From: Armatimonadota bacterium
GTDB taxonomy: Bacteria; Armatimonadota; Fimbriimonadia; Fimbriimonadales; Fimbriimonadaceae
Assembly: GCA_031400935.1 (NCBI GenBank)
Contig: JANNQV010000015.1
Coordinates: 62,001-126,000 of the forward strand
Direction: 5' to 3'
DNA: 64,000 nucleotides
In this document: positions 26,423-35,946 of the stretch, one piece after another
Position numbering within the stretch: the stretch's first letter is position 1
How the letters are laid out: each line of letters starts with the position of its first letter
Program-made: the position numbers and the translations under genes
The notes under the pieces: model-generated
Database searches by the model: none
What the model saw: the letters and a program-made list of their open reading frames with translations, nothing else
Told to the model about the DNA's origin: nothing

Positions 26423-27325
26423 CTACCGCCCCGCTCGGTACGTGGTCCAGTTGCTGTCCATTCGTGCGCTTTGACCTGTCGTGAACTGGTACTTGCAAGG
26501 GTCAACCGTATAATCCATGAAGTTCATGGTCGGATCGTTCCCTGGATATGCGCCAGCTGTGCAAGTGTTTACGGTCCCAGTCGGACAACCCCACGTTGGG
26601 TTTTTTTGAGCCGGAGTGTCGTTCACAAAGTCGTTCTTCTTACTGCAACCGTCCTGGAACGTGTGGTACAGCCCTAACCAGTGCCCAACTTCGTGAACTG
26701 CCAAATCGCCAGCAAAATTTGGGTTGGAACCGCCAGGCACTCCGGTGTAATCTATCACCGGGCCGTCCATATGGGGTGCTCCAGCGTACCACCATGGAAA
26801 ACCACCATAACCCAAAAGGTCACCCGGCAAATCTCTTATGTAGAGGTTCAGATCGTCCGCCGAGCCTTGGCGAAGTGCCGTCTTCATAGCCACTTCGTCG
26901 GGGCTGTCCCGCAAGGAAACCCACCACGCCGTGTTGGCGGTACGGTCCGTGCTGACAAACTGGAACCGAAACGATGTGTTGAAGCCCCCCGGTGCGTCTT
27001 GCCCTGCAAAAGCGGTGTTGAGGATGCTTATCTGCTGAGCAATCACAGTTTCTGAAACATCGCCGACACCCGTGTTATTGGTTATAACATGAACATACAC
27101 GGGTATCGTGATGTCCCCTCCGCCCCTTCCAGTAGGCGCGGCGGCTAGTTCCGCTTCTACGCGCAGCATCTCTGCTGGTGAAGGAGCTGTGGTGCCGCAG
27201 ATGTCCCCTCGTGATTGGTTCGAGGAAGCGTCGCTCCCATTCAATGCACCGCCGCAACCGATAACGACCAAAGTCGAAATCGTAACGCCAATAGCTGCAA
27301 TCTGAATTACATTTTGAGTTTTCAT
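26423..27325 (-). CDS. M43 (pappalysin/ulilysin-type) zinc metalloprotease, probable lipoprotein
   Basis: HEVGHWLGLYHTF, Met-turn NFMDYT, CGT cysteine switch, lipobox-like VIGC. Confidence 0.9.
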   Translation of the reverse strand: MKTQNVIQIAAIGVTISTLVVIGCGGALNGSDASSNQSRGDICGTTAPSPAEMLRVEAELAAAPTGRGGGDITIPVYVHVITNNTGVGDVSETVIAQQISILNTAFAGQDAPGGFNTSFRFQFVSTDRTANTAWWVSLRDSPDEVAMKTALRQGSADDLNLYIRDLPGDLLGYGGFPWWYAGAPHMDGPVIDYTGVPGGSNPNFAGDLAVHEVGHWLGLYHTFQDGCSKKNDFVNDTPAQKNPTWGCPTGTVNTCTAGAYPGNDPTMNFMDYTVDPCKYQFTTGQSARMDSNWTTYRAGR

Positions 27326-27526
27326 AGTATCTGTCCTAGGCTACATCTCTATAAAGTGAATGCCAATGTCGAATTGTAGCATTACGGCTTTCAGGCTGGG
27401 TACAAGCTTCCAAAGTTCTTCTCCGCAGCACTCATAACATTCGCGCCACTCGAAGCGTCAATGGCATATATCTCTAAAACCTCAAATCTCCCCAGCATTC
27501 GAATTTGCCAAATCATGGTTACTTTT

Positions 27527-29131
27527 TTAGTCTAACCCTAACTGGTCTGCCACCGCACTCACGACCATCCGAAAATCCAGCCTCACCTCATACGCCCTCG
27601 GCCACGGCAAACCGATCTTGATCGAATTCAGTCCAATGAACTCGAACTGCTGGGCTCCTGCAAAGAATTTCTTCCCCATAAATTGGTCGGCAAAGAACTT
27701 CTGCAAATGCTTTTCCATTTCCTTTCGGACAAAGCTGTTGACGACCGCAAACTCCTCGCCAAACGTCTCTTCGCGGCTTCCATGCTTGAAAGAATCAATC
27801 AGCTTGTACGCCTCCGGACGGGTGTATTTATGATAGGCGAAATCGTTAACAAATCGGTGAAGAACGAACTCGCGCTGAGCCAATTCTCGCTTCAATGGAT
27901 CGGTTCCTTTTCGCCTGGCCAAAAGGTAGACGTTCGCCGCCGGGATGGAGGTGCCCATTGTGTTTCCGGCAGTGTTCCAGCCCGCATAGCTAAGAAGGCG
28001 AATCATGCGGTCGTTCTGCCAAAGGTCTGCAAAAAGTCGCGGATCAGCAGTGCCAGATTTGCCAAGGTTGATGTCGGCGACGCCGGATGGAAATCCTTGA
28101 TCTACTTCGGCAATCAGTTCTTCTGTAAATTTTTGAAATTCGCCTGGCCGAGGATTCGGGGCGTTCAGCCAGAGCGTGTAGTCGTAATCGCCGCTTACCC
28201 AGGGTCGTGCGCCGCTGGCAAAGAGCTGGTCGCGCAGGCTGAGCTCAATGTTCTTTGATTCGTAATTTGCGATTCGCTTCCGTGCCGCATCATCGGAATA
28301 TACGATTCTCACTCTAGGAACCCAGCCACTTTGCCGAAGTAACGCGCGGCTTAGAAGCACATTTGCAAGCTGATCCACCCCTTCGCAAAAATAGACTTTG
28401 CCGCCAATTCCAAGGCCATCAACAATGGATCGCAAGTTAACAGTCTCAGAAATATGAGGGCCGAAGGGCTGGGCGTCGTCTTGTCCCAGAATCAAATAAT
28501 CGAAGACATTTTTCGCTGCCATTTGAATCAAAACCCGTTGCATCAAGTGGTTTCGGCTCCTCGCGGCTTCGTAGTTTGTAACTTCGATTGGCGGTATTTT
28601 CTTTTGGTAAGACGCCACCTGGTGGAGAGCAGTTTTAGAGTTCGTTCGCCTGTACCGGTCCTTCGTTTCGGCGAGTTTGCCAAGTTGAATTCTCCAAGTT
28701 GCAGCACCTCTTGTGGCTGTTGGATAAAGCCGCATTACTGCGCTAAAAGCATAAAATTGCTTGCCCTCATAGCGTTTTCGAATCTCGGCAAGCCGGGTAA
28801 GTCTTGTCATCGCTATCTCTTCCGAAGTATCGGGCAAACGGCTGTTGATCAAACCCCCGTAAGCGATCATGTCGGTATTGACGATGATTGCGGTTACGTC
28901 CGTAAGGTCTTGCTTTTCCAGCCAGTCAAGAATCAATTCCGGCTTGCCTGGGGTCGTGTATCTTCCCAAGAACTCGATTGGCGGAAGCACGACGTTCACG
29001 TTCGCCATGCGCCCGATGAGCTGCGGAAATTGGCCAGCCGCCGGACGTGAATCGAGCGGAATCAGAATTACTTTTTGAGCAATTGCGGCCACCGAAGCAA
29101 GACTCAAAAGTACACAAGTTACAAGCCGCAT
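27527..29131 (-). CDS. DUF4127 family protein, secreted
   Basis: IPLDSRP, DMIAYGGLINSR, GQDD and YAGWNTAGNTMG motifs. Confidence 0.8.
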   Translation of the reverse strand: MRLVTCVLLSLASVAAIAQKVILIPLDSRPAAGQFPQLIGRMANVNVVLPPIEFLGRYTTPGKPELILDWLEKQDLTDVTAIIVNTDMIAYGGLINSRLPDTSEEIAMTRLTRLAEIRKRYEGKQFYAFSAVMRLYPTATRGAATWRIQLGKLAETKDRYRRTNSKTALHQVASYQKKIPPIEVTNYEAARSRNHLMQRVLIQMAAKNVFDYLILGQDDAQPFGPHISETVNLRSIVDGLGIGGKVYFCEGVDQLANVLLSRALLRQSGWVPRVRIVYSDDAARKRIANYESKNIELSLRDQLFASGARPWVSGDYDYTLWLNAPNPRPGEFQKFTEELIAEVDQGFPSGVADINLGKSGTADPRLFADLWQNDRMIRLLSYAGWNTAGNTMGTSIPAANVYLLARRKGTDPLKRELAQREFVLHRFVNDFAYHKYTRPEAYKLIDSFKHGSREETFGEEFAVVNSFVRKEMEKHLQKFFADQFMGKKFFAGAQQFEFIGLNSIKIGLPWPRAYEVRLDFRMVVSAVADQLGLD

Positions 29132-29214
29132 CGAAGGATAAGATACCTTTCCAAGGTCATTTGTTTCGCAAGAAATCTTTCAATTTGGCAATTCTGTCAG
29201 ACTCGTTAGATTCA

Positions 29215-29985
29215 ATGAGCAACGAAGAAAACAATTTGACAATTCTCAAAAGCCTGCAGGACAGCCTGATCGAAGCGACTGCGCCGCACCGAAAATCGGC
29301 GTTTATTGGGACGTATGTTGCGATGATCAACCCGAACGAGTCGTTGATTTATTACAACTATGCAGTTCCGGTGGTGACTCCGAATCCATCAACGCTGGAT
29401 GCGCTCATCGAATATTTCCGAAGTAATATTCGTTCGCCGAGATTCGAATTCTTCCCTGAACTTTGGCCTGCCTTTGAATTCATCCTGGTTGAAGCAGGAT
29501 TTGAGTGTGAATCAAAAACTCCGGTTATGGTCATGAGCCCGAACGTACTAACGCCAAGAGACGACTCGTTGGTGAAGGACATTTCGGTCAGATTGGAACT
29601 CGTAGAATCCTCAAAGTGTTCTTCGCTAGCATTTGAGCGCGATGCCGGTGGAAGCGATGCTGAAATTGAATCAAGCATAGCAGCGATCCAGGCTGGAAAT
29701 TCCCGGTGCGCAGGAATTTGGGAAGACGGGAAAATAGTCTCAAACGGCTGGACTATCGGCGGAGGGCCAATATGCGAACTAGCTGGAGTTGGGACTCATC
29801 CCGAATACCGAAAAAAGGGCCTTGCCTCTCAAGTGTCCAGCTTTCTATGTCGCAAACACTTTGAGAGTGGGGGCGAGCATGTTTGGCTTTCGGCAGGTTC
29901 TCCCGAATCTGAGGCCGTGTATTCGAAACTTGGATTTCGGCATATAGGGGTGCAAGCGAATTACAGTCTATTGAGAGCGGAGTGA
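29215..29985 (+). CDS. GNAT family N-acetyltransferase
   Basis: VGTHPEYRKKGLA and VYSKLGF acetyl-CoA motifs; start moved to ATG 29215. Confidence 0.85.
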   Translation: MSNEENNLTILKSLQDSLIEATAPHRKSAFIGTYVAMINPNESLIYYNYAVPVVTPNPSTLDALIEYFRSNIRSPRFEFFPELWPAFEFILVEAGFECESKTPVMVMSPNVLTPRDDSLVKDISVRLELVESSKCSSLAFERDAGGSDAEIESSIAAIQAGNSRCAGIWEDGKIVSNGWTIGGGPICELAGVGTHPEYRKKGLASQVSSFLCRKHFESGGEHVWLSAGSPESEAVYSKLGFRHIGVQANYSLLRAE

Positions 29986-29997
29986 AGAGTTCAAATC

Positions 29998-30122
29998 ATT
30001 TTGGATTTTGGATTGCTGATTGAGGATTGGCAAAATAAGCAGAAAATGGAGATTCCCGAACCACCAACCGCAATCTGCTACCTGCCAACAACCTGCAAAC
30101 CACCTGCCAACCACTTGCCAAC
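29998..30122. repeat. Polarised arrays: 7-mer GATTTTG left; 11-mer CCACTTGCCAA right
   Basis: Direct reading. Confidence 0.8.
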
Positions 30123-30150
30123 GCACCCCTTTCCCGCCTATCATAAGGAA

Positions 30151-31188
30151 ATGAAACGAATCTCACGCCGAACTGTCTTGAAAACCGCTGCAACAGCTGC
30201 CGCGGCAATGGGCCCATTGCGTGGGTTTGGAGAAGTACTAATGCAAAGACGTCCAATTGTCGGTTCAGGCGAGTTCACATACGAAGTCATTCACGATTGG
30301 CTCGAAGCACCCAAGCATCTGCTTTGGGGAGATACGCATGGGGTTGCCCAGGATTCCCATGGACGAATCTATATTGCACATACGGTGAATGGTGCAAGCG
30401 TCAGCAAAGATGCGATTTGCGTTTTTGATTCCAAAGGCAAGTTCATCAGCTCATGGGGATCGGTTTTTGCTGGTGGTGCGCACGGCCTTGACGTTCGAAA
30501 AGAAGGCCGGGACGAATTCCTCTACCATTGCGATACTCGCCGAAGACTCGTTGTGAAAACGGATTTGGTTGGCAAAGTAATATGGGAAAGGGGCGTGCCA
30601 ATGGAATCTGGCGTGTACCAACGTGAAGACCAATGGTGCCCGACAAATGTAGCTTTTGCTCCGAATGGCGATGTATTTGTAGGCGACGGCTACGGCAGTA
30701 GCTATATCCACAAGTATTCGGGCGATGGCGAGTACAAAGGAGTGATTGCAAAACCAGGGTCAGGCCAAGGCGAAGTTCGCCAGCCGCATGGTTTGTGGGT
30801 TGATGATCGGCAAACAAAGCCTCGTTTAGCTGTTGCGGATCGCGCCAATCGGCGAATCCAATATTTGACTCTTGAAGGCAAACATCTTGGATTTGTGACC
30901 GAAGGGATTCGGCTGCCTTGCCATTTTAAGACCAAAGATGGATTCCTTTTGATCCCAGACTTAGAAAGCGTCATAACAATTTTAGATAAAAACGACAGGG
31001 TAGTGGCATCGCTAGGCGACGGACGGCCTAGCAGCTTGCGAGATGTCCCCCGCGAAAAATTTGTTCAAGGGCAGTTTGTTCATCCGCATTCGGCCATGTG
31101 GCTCAACAAGCGCGATATTTTGGTGGTCGAGTGGGTGCCTATTGGTCGAGTTACTTTGTTGAGGAATGTGAATTTCGGAAAGGATTGA
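30151..31188 (+). CDS. NHL-repeat beta-propeller protein, Tat-exported
   Basis: SRRTVL signal; PTNVAFAPNGDVFVGDGY, QPHGL..D, VADRANRRIQ repeats; start moved to ATG 30151. Confidence 0.85.
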   Translation: MKRISRRTVLKTAATAAAAMGPLRGFGEVLMQRRPIVGSGEFTYEVIHDWLEAPKHLLWGDTHGVAQDSHGRIYIAHTVNGASVSKDAICVFDSKGKFISSWGSVFAGGAHGLDVRKEGRDEFLYHCDTRRRLVVKTDLVGKVIWERGVPMESGVYQREDQWCPTNVAFAPNGDVFVGDGYGSSYIHKYSGDGEYKGVIAKPGSGQGEVRQPHGLWVDDRQTKPRLAVADRANRRIQYLTLEGKHLGFVTEGIRLPCHFKTKDGFLLIPDLESVITILDKNDRVVASLGDGRPSSLRDVPREKFVQGQFVHPHSAMWLNKRDILVVEWVPIGRVTLLRNVNFGKD

Positions 31189-31228
31189 GTTCGAGCAAGC
31201 TCAAATGCAGTTGCCTATTAAACGAGTT

Positions 31229-31358
31229 GGCACTTTTGTTTCATAGCAAGAAGCACTATGAAAGATTTGTTTCATAGTTTGGGCCGCTATTATACTTTTG
31301 TGCCAAAAAGTATTATAACGACGGGCGCTACGATACCAAACTATAATAGCGGCACTTT
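31229..31358. repeat. AT-rich nested inverted-repeat element
   Basis: gccgctattata (31283-31294) / tataatagcggc (31342-31353), inner inverted repeats, duplicated tttgtttcatag, and ggcacttt at both ends. Confidence 0.6.
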
Positions 31359-31399
31359 GACTTACTTCCAAAACGACGCCAATCGTGTAAAATGTCGCC

Positions 31400-31690
31400 A
31401 TGTCTATTTCGATTGACGAAGTGCGCCACGTCGCGAAATTAGCGCGTCTAGAACTCGACGAAGCCGAAATTCTCGCCTTGCAAGGCGAGCTCAATGCGTT
31501 GCTCGGCCATTTCAGCGACATTCGCGATCTGAATGTAGACGGAATCGAGCCGCAATCGCACGCTGTCGCAGTTCAAAACGTCTGGTCAGAAGACATTATC
31601 GGCGCATCGCTGAGTCGCGAGTGGGCACTCAAAAACGCTCCGATGACCAAGGCCGGCCTGTTCGTCGTGCCGCAGATCATCGAGGACTAG
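31400..31690 (+). CDS. gatC: Asp/Glu-tRNA amidotransferase subunit C
   Basis: EVRHVAKLARL...NAP....LFVVP; directly upstream of gatA. Confidence 0.93.
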   Translation: MSISIDEVRHVAKLARLELDEAEILALQGELNALLGHFSDIRDLNVDGIEPQSHAVAVQNVWSEDIIGASLSREWALKNAPMTKAGLFVVPQIIED

Positions 31691-31693
31691 GCA

Positions 31694-33139
31694 TTGCTAA
31701 CCCAGCTTTCCGCAACCGAGCTTCGTAAGAAGCTGGATTCACGCGAAGTTTCTGCAATTGAAATCGCTCAGGCACACTTGGATCGAATTGCGTCTCAAAA
31801 TTCAAAGCTAAATGCGTACTTACATGTGAACCCCGAACTCACGCTAGAAATGGCGGAATCAGCGCAAAAGACGATAAACCAGGGAAATGCAAGTGCTGTA
31901 ACTGGAATCCCAATCGCTCTAAAGGACAATTTGAATTTTGGGGGAATGCCAACGACGTGCGCTTCTAAAATTCTTGGCCAATTTCAACCGCCGTTCGACG
32001 CCCATGTATCCAAAAGAGTTCGCGATGAAGGCATGGTCGTCCTTGGAAAAACGAACCTAGACGAGTTCGCAATGGGAACTTCGACTGAGAACAGCGCATT
32101 CGGCCCGACAAGGAATCCTTGGGATTTGGAACGCTCGCCAGGAGGAAGCTCCGGCGGATCAGCTTCTGCGGTTGCAGCGGAAATGGCGACTTTGGCACTC
32201 GGTTCTGATACTGGCGGCTCGATCCGCCAACCTGCTTCTCTAAGTGGAATTGTTGGTTTCAAACCGACTTACGGAAGGTGTTCGAGATATGGATTGGTGG
32301 CATTTGGCTCATCTTTGGATCAAATTGGCCCTTTTGCCAGAAATGTCGAAGACGCCGCACTTTGCGTCTCAGCCTTAACTGGCCACGACCCAATGGACAG
32401 CACTTCGTTGAATATGGCGCCCATCCAACGATCTGTTGAAGGCGGCAATGTGAAAGGCAAAAAATTTGGTTTGCCTAAGCAGCTATTTGGCGAAGGAATG
32501 CAGCCTGGCGTGATCGAAAGCGTGCTAAAAGCGATCGAAACATTGAGACAAGCTGGGGCTGAATTCGTCGAACTCGACTTGCCCAGCATCGCGTACGGCG
32601 TAACAACTTATTACATCATTGCTCCCGCCGAAGCCAGCAGCAATTTGGCTCGATTCGATGGAGTTCGGTACGGTTTGCGCGTTGATGGCGCAGGCCACAT
32701 CGAAACCACCGAAAAGTCCCGAGCTCAAGGATTTGGACATGAAGTAAAGCAGCGCATCATGATCGGAACCTATGCTCTTTCCGCTGGTTATTACGATGCT
32801 TATTATGTAAAAGCTCAGCAGGTTCGTGGGCTCATGCAGCGAGAATTCAATGCTGCTTTCCAAATGGTAGACCATATTTTAGGGCCGACAAGCCCTGTTG
32901 TCGCTTTCAAAATAGGAGAATTGATCAACGACCCAATGGCATTAAAGCAGCTTGATTTCTGCACGATTCCCGCAAATATGGGCGGATTTCCAGCAATTTC
33001 GTTGCCTTGCGGATTGAGCGAAGGATTACCCGTTGGATTGCAGTTAATGAGCCCAAATTTGGAAGATGACGCACTTTTGAAAACGGCATGGGCGGTAGAA
33101 AAGGCGTTGGATGCCACGCTCCGGCCCTCTTTTGCGTAA
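31694..33139 (+). CDS. gatA: Asp/Glu-tRNA amidotransferase subunit A
   Basis: Amidase signature GGSSGGS, GSDTGGSIRQPA, EASSNLARFDG. Confidence 0.96.
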   Translation: MLTQLSATELRKKLDSREVSAIEIAQAHLDRIASQNSKLNAYLHVNPELTLEMAESAQKTINQGNASAVTGIPIALKDNLNFGGMPTTCASKILGQFQPPFDAHVSKRVRDEGMVVLGKTNLDEFAMGTSTENSAFGPTRNPWDLERSPGGSSGGSASAVAAEMATLALGSDTGGSIRQPASLSGIVGFKPTYGRCSRYGLVAFGSSLDQIGPFARNVEDAALCVSALTGHDPMDSTSLNMAPIQRSVEGGNVKGKKFGLPKQLFGEGMQPGVIESVLKAIETLRQAGAEFVELDLPSIAYGVTTYYIIAPAEASSNLARFDGVRYGLRVDGAGHIETTEKSRAQGFGHEVKQRIMIGTYALSAGYYDAYYVKAQQVRGLMQREFNAAFQMVDHILGPTSPVVAFKIGELINDPMALKQLDFCTIPANMGGFPAISLPCGLSEGLPVGLQLMSPNLEDDALLKTAWAVEKALDATLRPSFA

Positions 33140-33143
33140 GGAA

Positions 33144-33962
33144 ATGAATATGGATGACATTCGTCTCCAAGATCGAAGGCAACTCACTCAAGAAATGATG
33201 CGTTCAGGACGCGTCGTGGGAACTGCCTTTCTTTCCGTATTTGCACTTCTCATCTTGGCTGCCTCAGAGGGCGCACCGATCGAAGTTTGGTTATGGGTTT
33301 TTGGACCCATATTTGGCTTTCATTTTCTAAGAGGCTACAACGCTGCTTTAAAAAAGCGATGGCTCATGCGCCGGTTTGAAGCACTCTGGAATGGATGCGT
33401 TGATCGTTTGAAGCTGTTTGACGAAGTTCGAGACCGCATGAAGCGCGACAAAGTCGGCGATTGGGAAGAAATGCCGAAAACGGTTTCGCGTGTTGCAAAG
33501 TCACTCTATTGTGCTCTCCGCCGTGCAGATATGATTTCTCACGAAGTTTCGCAAACCGAAAAGGGACTCTACACTGATCCGCCACCTTGGATGGCACCTT
33601 CGCATGATGCACAGGCCAAAGAGCTTTATCGAATTGCGGACAAAAACATTGCTGAATACCGTCAACAGTTTGGTGCGGTAATGGCTGGTGTTCAACGCAC
33701 AGAAGCCCAATGCGCGGTTTTCATGACTACAGTGGACACTCTGCGAATGAAGATGATAGGTTACCGTCTCGTTGGAAGATCGCCGGAATTGTCGTCTCAG
33801 GAATTCTTGGAAGCCATGTCGGAAGCTAAAATGCAGCTGCATGCGATAGACTTGGCGCTTGAAGAGTTGGAGCTTCAGCCCTACCCGACTATGATTGCCG
33901 CAATGCCACCGCCGATTCCGAATGACGCCCAGGACCCAAGCCGATTGGGGCGCGACATTTAG
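33144..33962 (+). CDS. Hypothetical protein, 2 N-terminal TM plus coiled-coil
   Basis: Long ORF filling the gap between gatA and ispE; AAGGA upstream of ATG 33144. Confidence 0.75.
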   Translation: MNMDDIRLQDRRQLTQEMMRSGRVVGTAFLSVFALLILAASEGAPIEVWLWVFGPIFGFHFLRGYNAALKKRWLMRRFEALWNGCVDRLKLFDEVRDRMKRDKVGDWEEMPKTVSRVAKSLYCALRRADMISHEVSQTEKGLYTDPPPWMAPSHDAQAKELYRIADKNIAEYRQQFGAVMAGVQRTEAQCAVFMTTVDTLRMKMIGYRLVGRSPELSSQEFLEAMSEAKMQLHAIDLALEELELQPYPTMIAAMPPPIPNDAQDPSRLGRDI

Positions 33963-34778
33963 ATGCGCGTTACAGTTCGTTGCCCGGCAAAAGTCAATCT
34001 GTTCCTGTCTGTGGGTCCGAGAGATGAAGTAGGCTATCACCCGATTCGTACTATTTTTCAGGCCATAGATTTGTTCGATACACTGACGATTGAATCAGCA
34101 AATGAAGACCGATTGACTTGCAATTGGCCCGATTTGCCAGTTTCCAACACCGTTGCGATGGCTCAAAACTTGTTACGAGAATTTGGCGATGTGCCACCAC
34201 TTTCAGTGCATTTAGAGAAGCGAATTCCGAGTCAAGCAGGACTCGGCGGAGGTTCTAGTGATGCCGCAGGCCTTTTGCGGGCGATCAATCGTTTTGCGCC
34301 AATTCCATTTTCAAATGAAAAGCTTCTCGAAGTTGCCTGTGCAGTTGGCGCAGATGTTCCGTTTTTCTTAGTCGGGGGAAGAGCAATTGGCGAAGGATAC
34401 GGCGAATTGTTGTCTGCACTTGATGACGCTCCAGAGAATTGGCTTGTTGTAGTAAAGCCAGATGTTTCCATTTCGACTGCTGAAGCTTATCGAGCTTTAG
34501 ATGAAGATCCGTTTCCTTGGCTCGGCTTTCCACTTGATGGCACAAATCATAACGACTTTGAACGTGTGATGCCTCGAGAATGCGAGTTTTGGATGAAGCA
34601 CCTTCAGTTTCTTGGTGCAAAGCAAGTGCAGCTTTGCGGTTCTGGGTCGGCGGTTTTTGGGATTTTTGTATCGAAATCGGCTGCCGAAACTGCGAACCAC
34701 AACCTAAGATCAAGGCCCAGGATTCAGAGCTGGGTCTGCCGGACGATGACTAGAGCGGAATCGCTTTCGATTGAGTAG
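33963..34778 (+). CDS. ispE: 4-diphosphocytidyl-2-C-methyl-D-erythritol kinase
   Basis: PAKVNLFL, KRIPSQAGLGGGSSDAA, GADVPFF, GSGSAVF. Confidence 0.95.
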   Translation: MRVTVRCPAKVNLFLSVGPRDEVGYHPIRTIFQAIDLFDTLTIESANEDRLTCNWPDLPVSNTVAMAQNLLREFGDVPPLSVHLEKRIPSQAGLGGGSSDAAGLLRAINRFAPIPFSNEKLLEVACAVGADVPFFLVGGRAIGEGYGELLSALDDAPENWLVVVKPDVSISTAEAYRALDEDPFPWLGFPLDGTNHNDFERVMPRECEFWMKHLQFLGAKQVQLCGSGSAVFGIFVSKSAAETANHNLRSRPRIQSWVCRTMTRAESLSIE

Positions 34779-34784
34779 GGAATT

Positions 34785-34924
34785 GTTATCGGTTGTTGGT
34801 TGTTGGTTGTCGGTTATTAGTTATTGGTTATTGCTTCTTGGTTGTTGGAAAGCAGTTCAAACTGGCGTGAAATGCCGTCTGCTAACTGCTAACTGCCTAC
34901 TGCTAACAACCAACAACCGATAAC
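34785..34924. repeat. Polarised 7-mer arrays with a perfect 20-bp terminal inverted repeat
   Basis: gttatcggttgttggttgtt (34785-34804) / aacaaccaacaaccgataac (34905-34924). Confidence 0.9.
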
Positions 34925-34928
34925 CCAA

Positions 34929-35750
34929 TCACACTTCCCTAAGCTCATCTACCCTAACAATCATCACTGTGCAGTTGTCGCTTCCGCCATCGAAAAGCGC
35001 TTTGCCAACCAGTTTCCAAGCCGCCTCGCTAGGACCCATAGTGGTAAGGACTTCTAGCATTTCGTGATCCTTCACATGGTTCGTGAGTCCATCGGAGCAT
35101 AACAAATACACATCGCCAGCCTTTGAGTCAAATTCAAAGAGGTCTGGCTCGACGGAATCTTCTGTTCCAACTGCACGAGTCAGAACGTGCTTGTAGGGGT
35201 GGTCTTCAGCTGCTTCTGGAGGGATTTCGCCGCGGGCAATCGCCTCTTCCACCCACCCATGATCATTTGTCAATTGCTCGTAAATTCCTTCTCTCAAACG
35301 GTAAACGCGGGAATCGCCAACTTGAACGATATGCGCTTTGTCTTGCAAAAGAATCAGGCCGCTCATCGTGGTCCCCATGCCACGACGCGATGGCACGGCA
35401 CGGGCAACATCGAGAACAAACCTGTTTGCGGCTTTGATTGCCGCCGCGAGAGCTTCTTCGGTATTGGCGGATGGATGATTTAAATAAACATCTATAAAGG
35501 TTTTTGTGGCGAGTTCGCTTGCGATTTGTCCTGCTGCGTGGCCGCCCATCCCATCGCAAACTAAGAAAATATGCCCCCGAAACGCCAAGGTCGCATCATC
35601 GCCTGCGAGGAAGTATTCGAACTTGTCTTCGTTGTTCTCCCGCACTCTGCCCAGGTCAGATTTGCAAGCGACGGTCACTTGCGGCGAGATTCGGAGTGGG
35701 GGACGATCTGCAAGCTCTTTCGCGGCGTATTCGGCAGTAATTTCTTCCAT
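34929..35750 (-). CDS. PP2C-type Ser/Thr phosphatase
   Basis: RENNED, VCDGMGGH, MGTT, VGDSR, LCSDGL, GGSDN. Confidence 0.93.
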   Translation of the reverse strand: MEEITAEYAAKELADRPPLRISPQVTVACKSDLGRVRENNEDKFEYFLAGDDATLAFRGHIFLVCDGMGGHAAGQIASELATKTFIDVYLNHPSANTEEALAAAIKAANRFVLDVARAVPSRRGMGTTMSGLILLQDKAHIVQVGDSRVYRLREGIYEQLTNDHGWVEEAIARGEIPPEAAEDHPYKHVLTRAVGTEDSVEPDLFEFDSKAGDVYLLCSDGLTNHVKDHEMLEVLTTMGPSEAAWKLVGKALFDGGSDNCTVMIVRVDELREV

Positions 35751-35774
35751 GATGCTGATTGTATTATGGATGAC

Positions 35775-35945
35775 GTTGTTGGGTCATGGGGTTACTGCGT
35801 CGTAGGGTCGCTGACGGATTTTGGATTTTTTTGAAGCATACGTCCCTTATGACACTTTTGTCCCATGCGTCACAATCTGCCAACTGCCAAACTAATGACC
35901 CAATGACCCAATGACCTACCTCGCATCCCTATACAACCCATACCT
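35775..35945. repeat. Polarised multi-family stack (8-mer, 7-mer, 9-mer arrays)
   Basis: gggtcatg gggttact gcgtcgta gggtcgct, ggatttt; then gtcccttat.., aactgcc, caatgacc x3, ccctatac. Confidence 0.8.
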
Positions 35946-35946
35946 C

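Noticed and set aside
25020..30150. N-terminal extensions in the ORF track (25020, 29047, 30001; likewise 11316, 15519, 17046, 63194)
   Set aside because: The extensions run through repeats or overlap neighbours; signal peptides and conserved N-termini begin at the downstream starts
31296..31323. dif site near gatC
   Set aside because: Only TTAT matches the XerD arm consensus; both arms otherwise fit poorly
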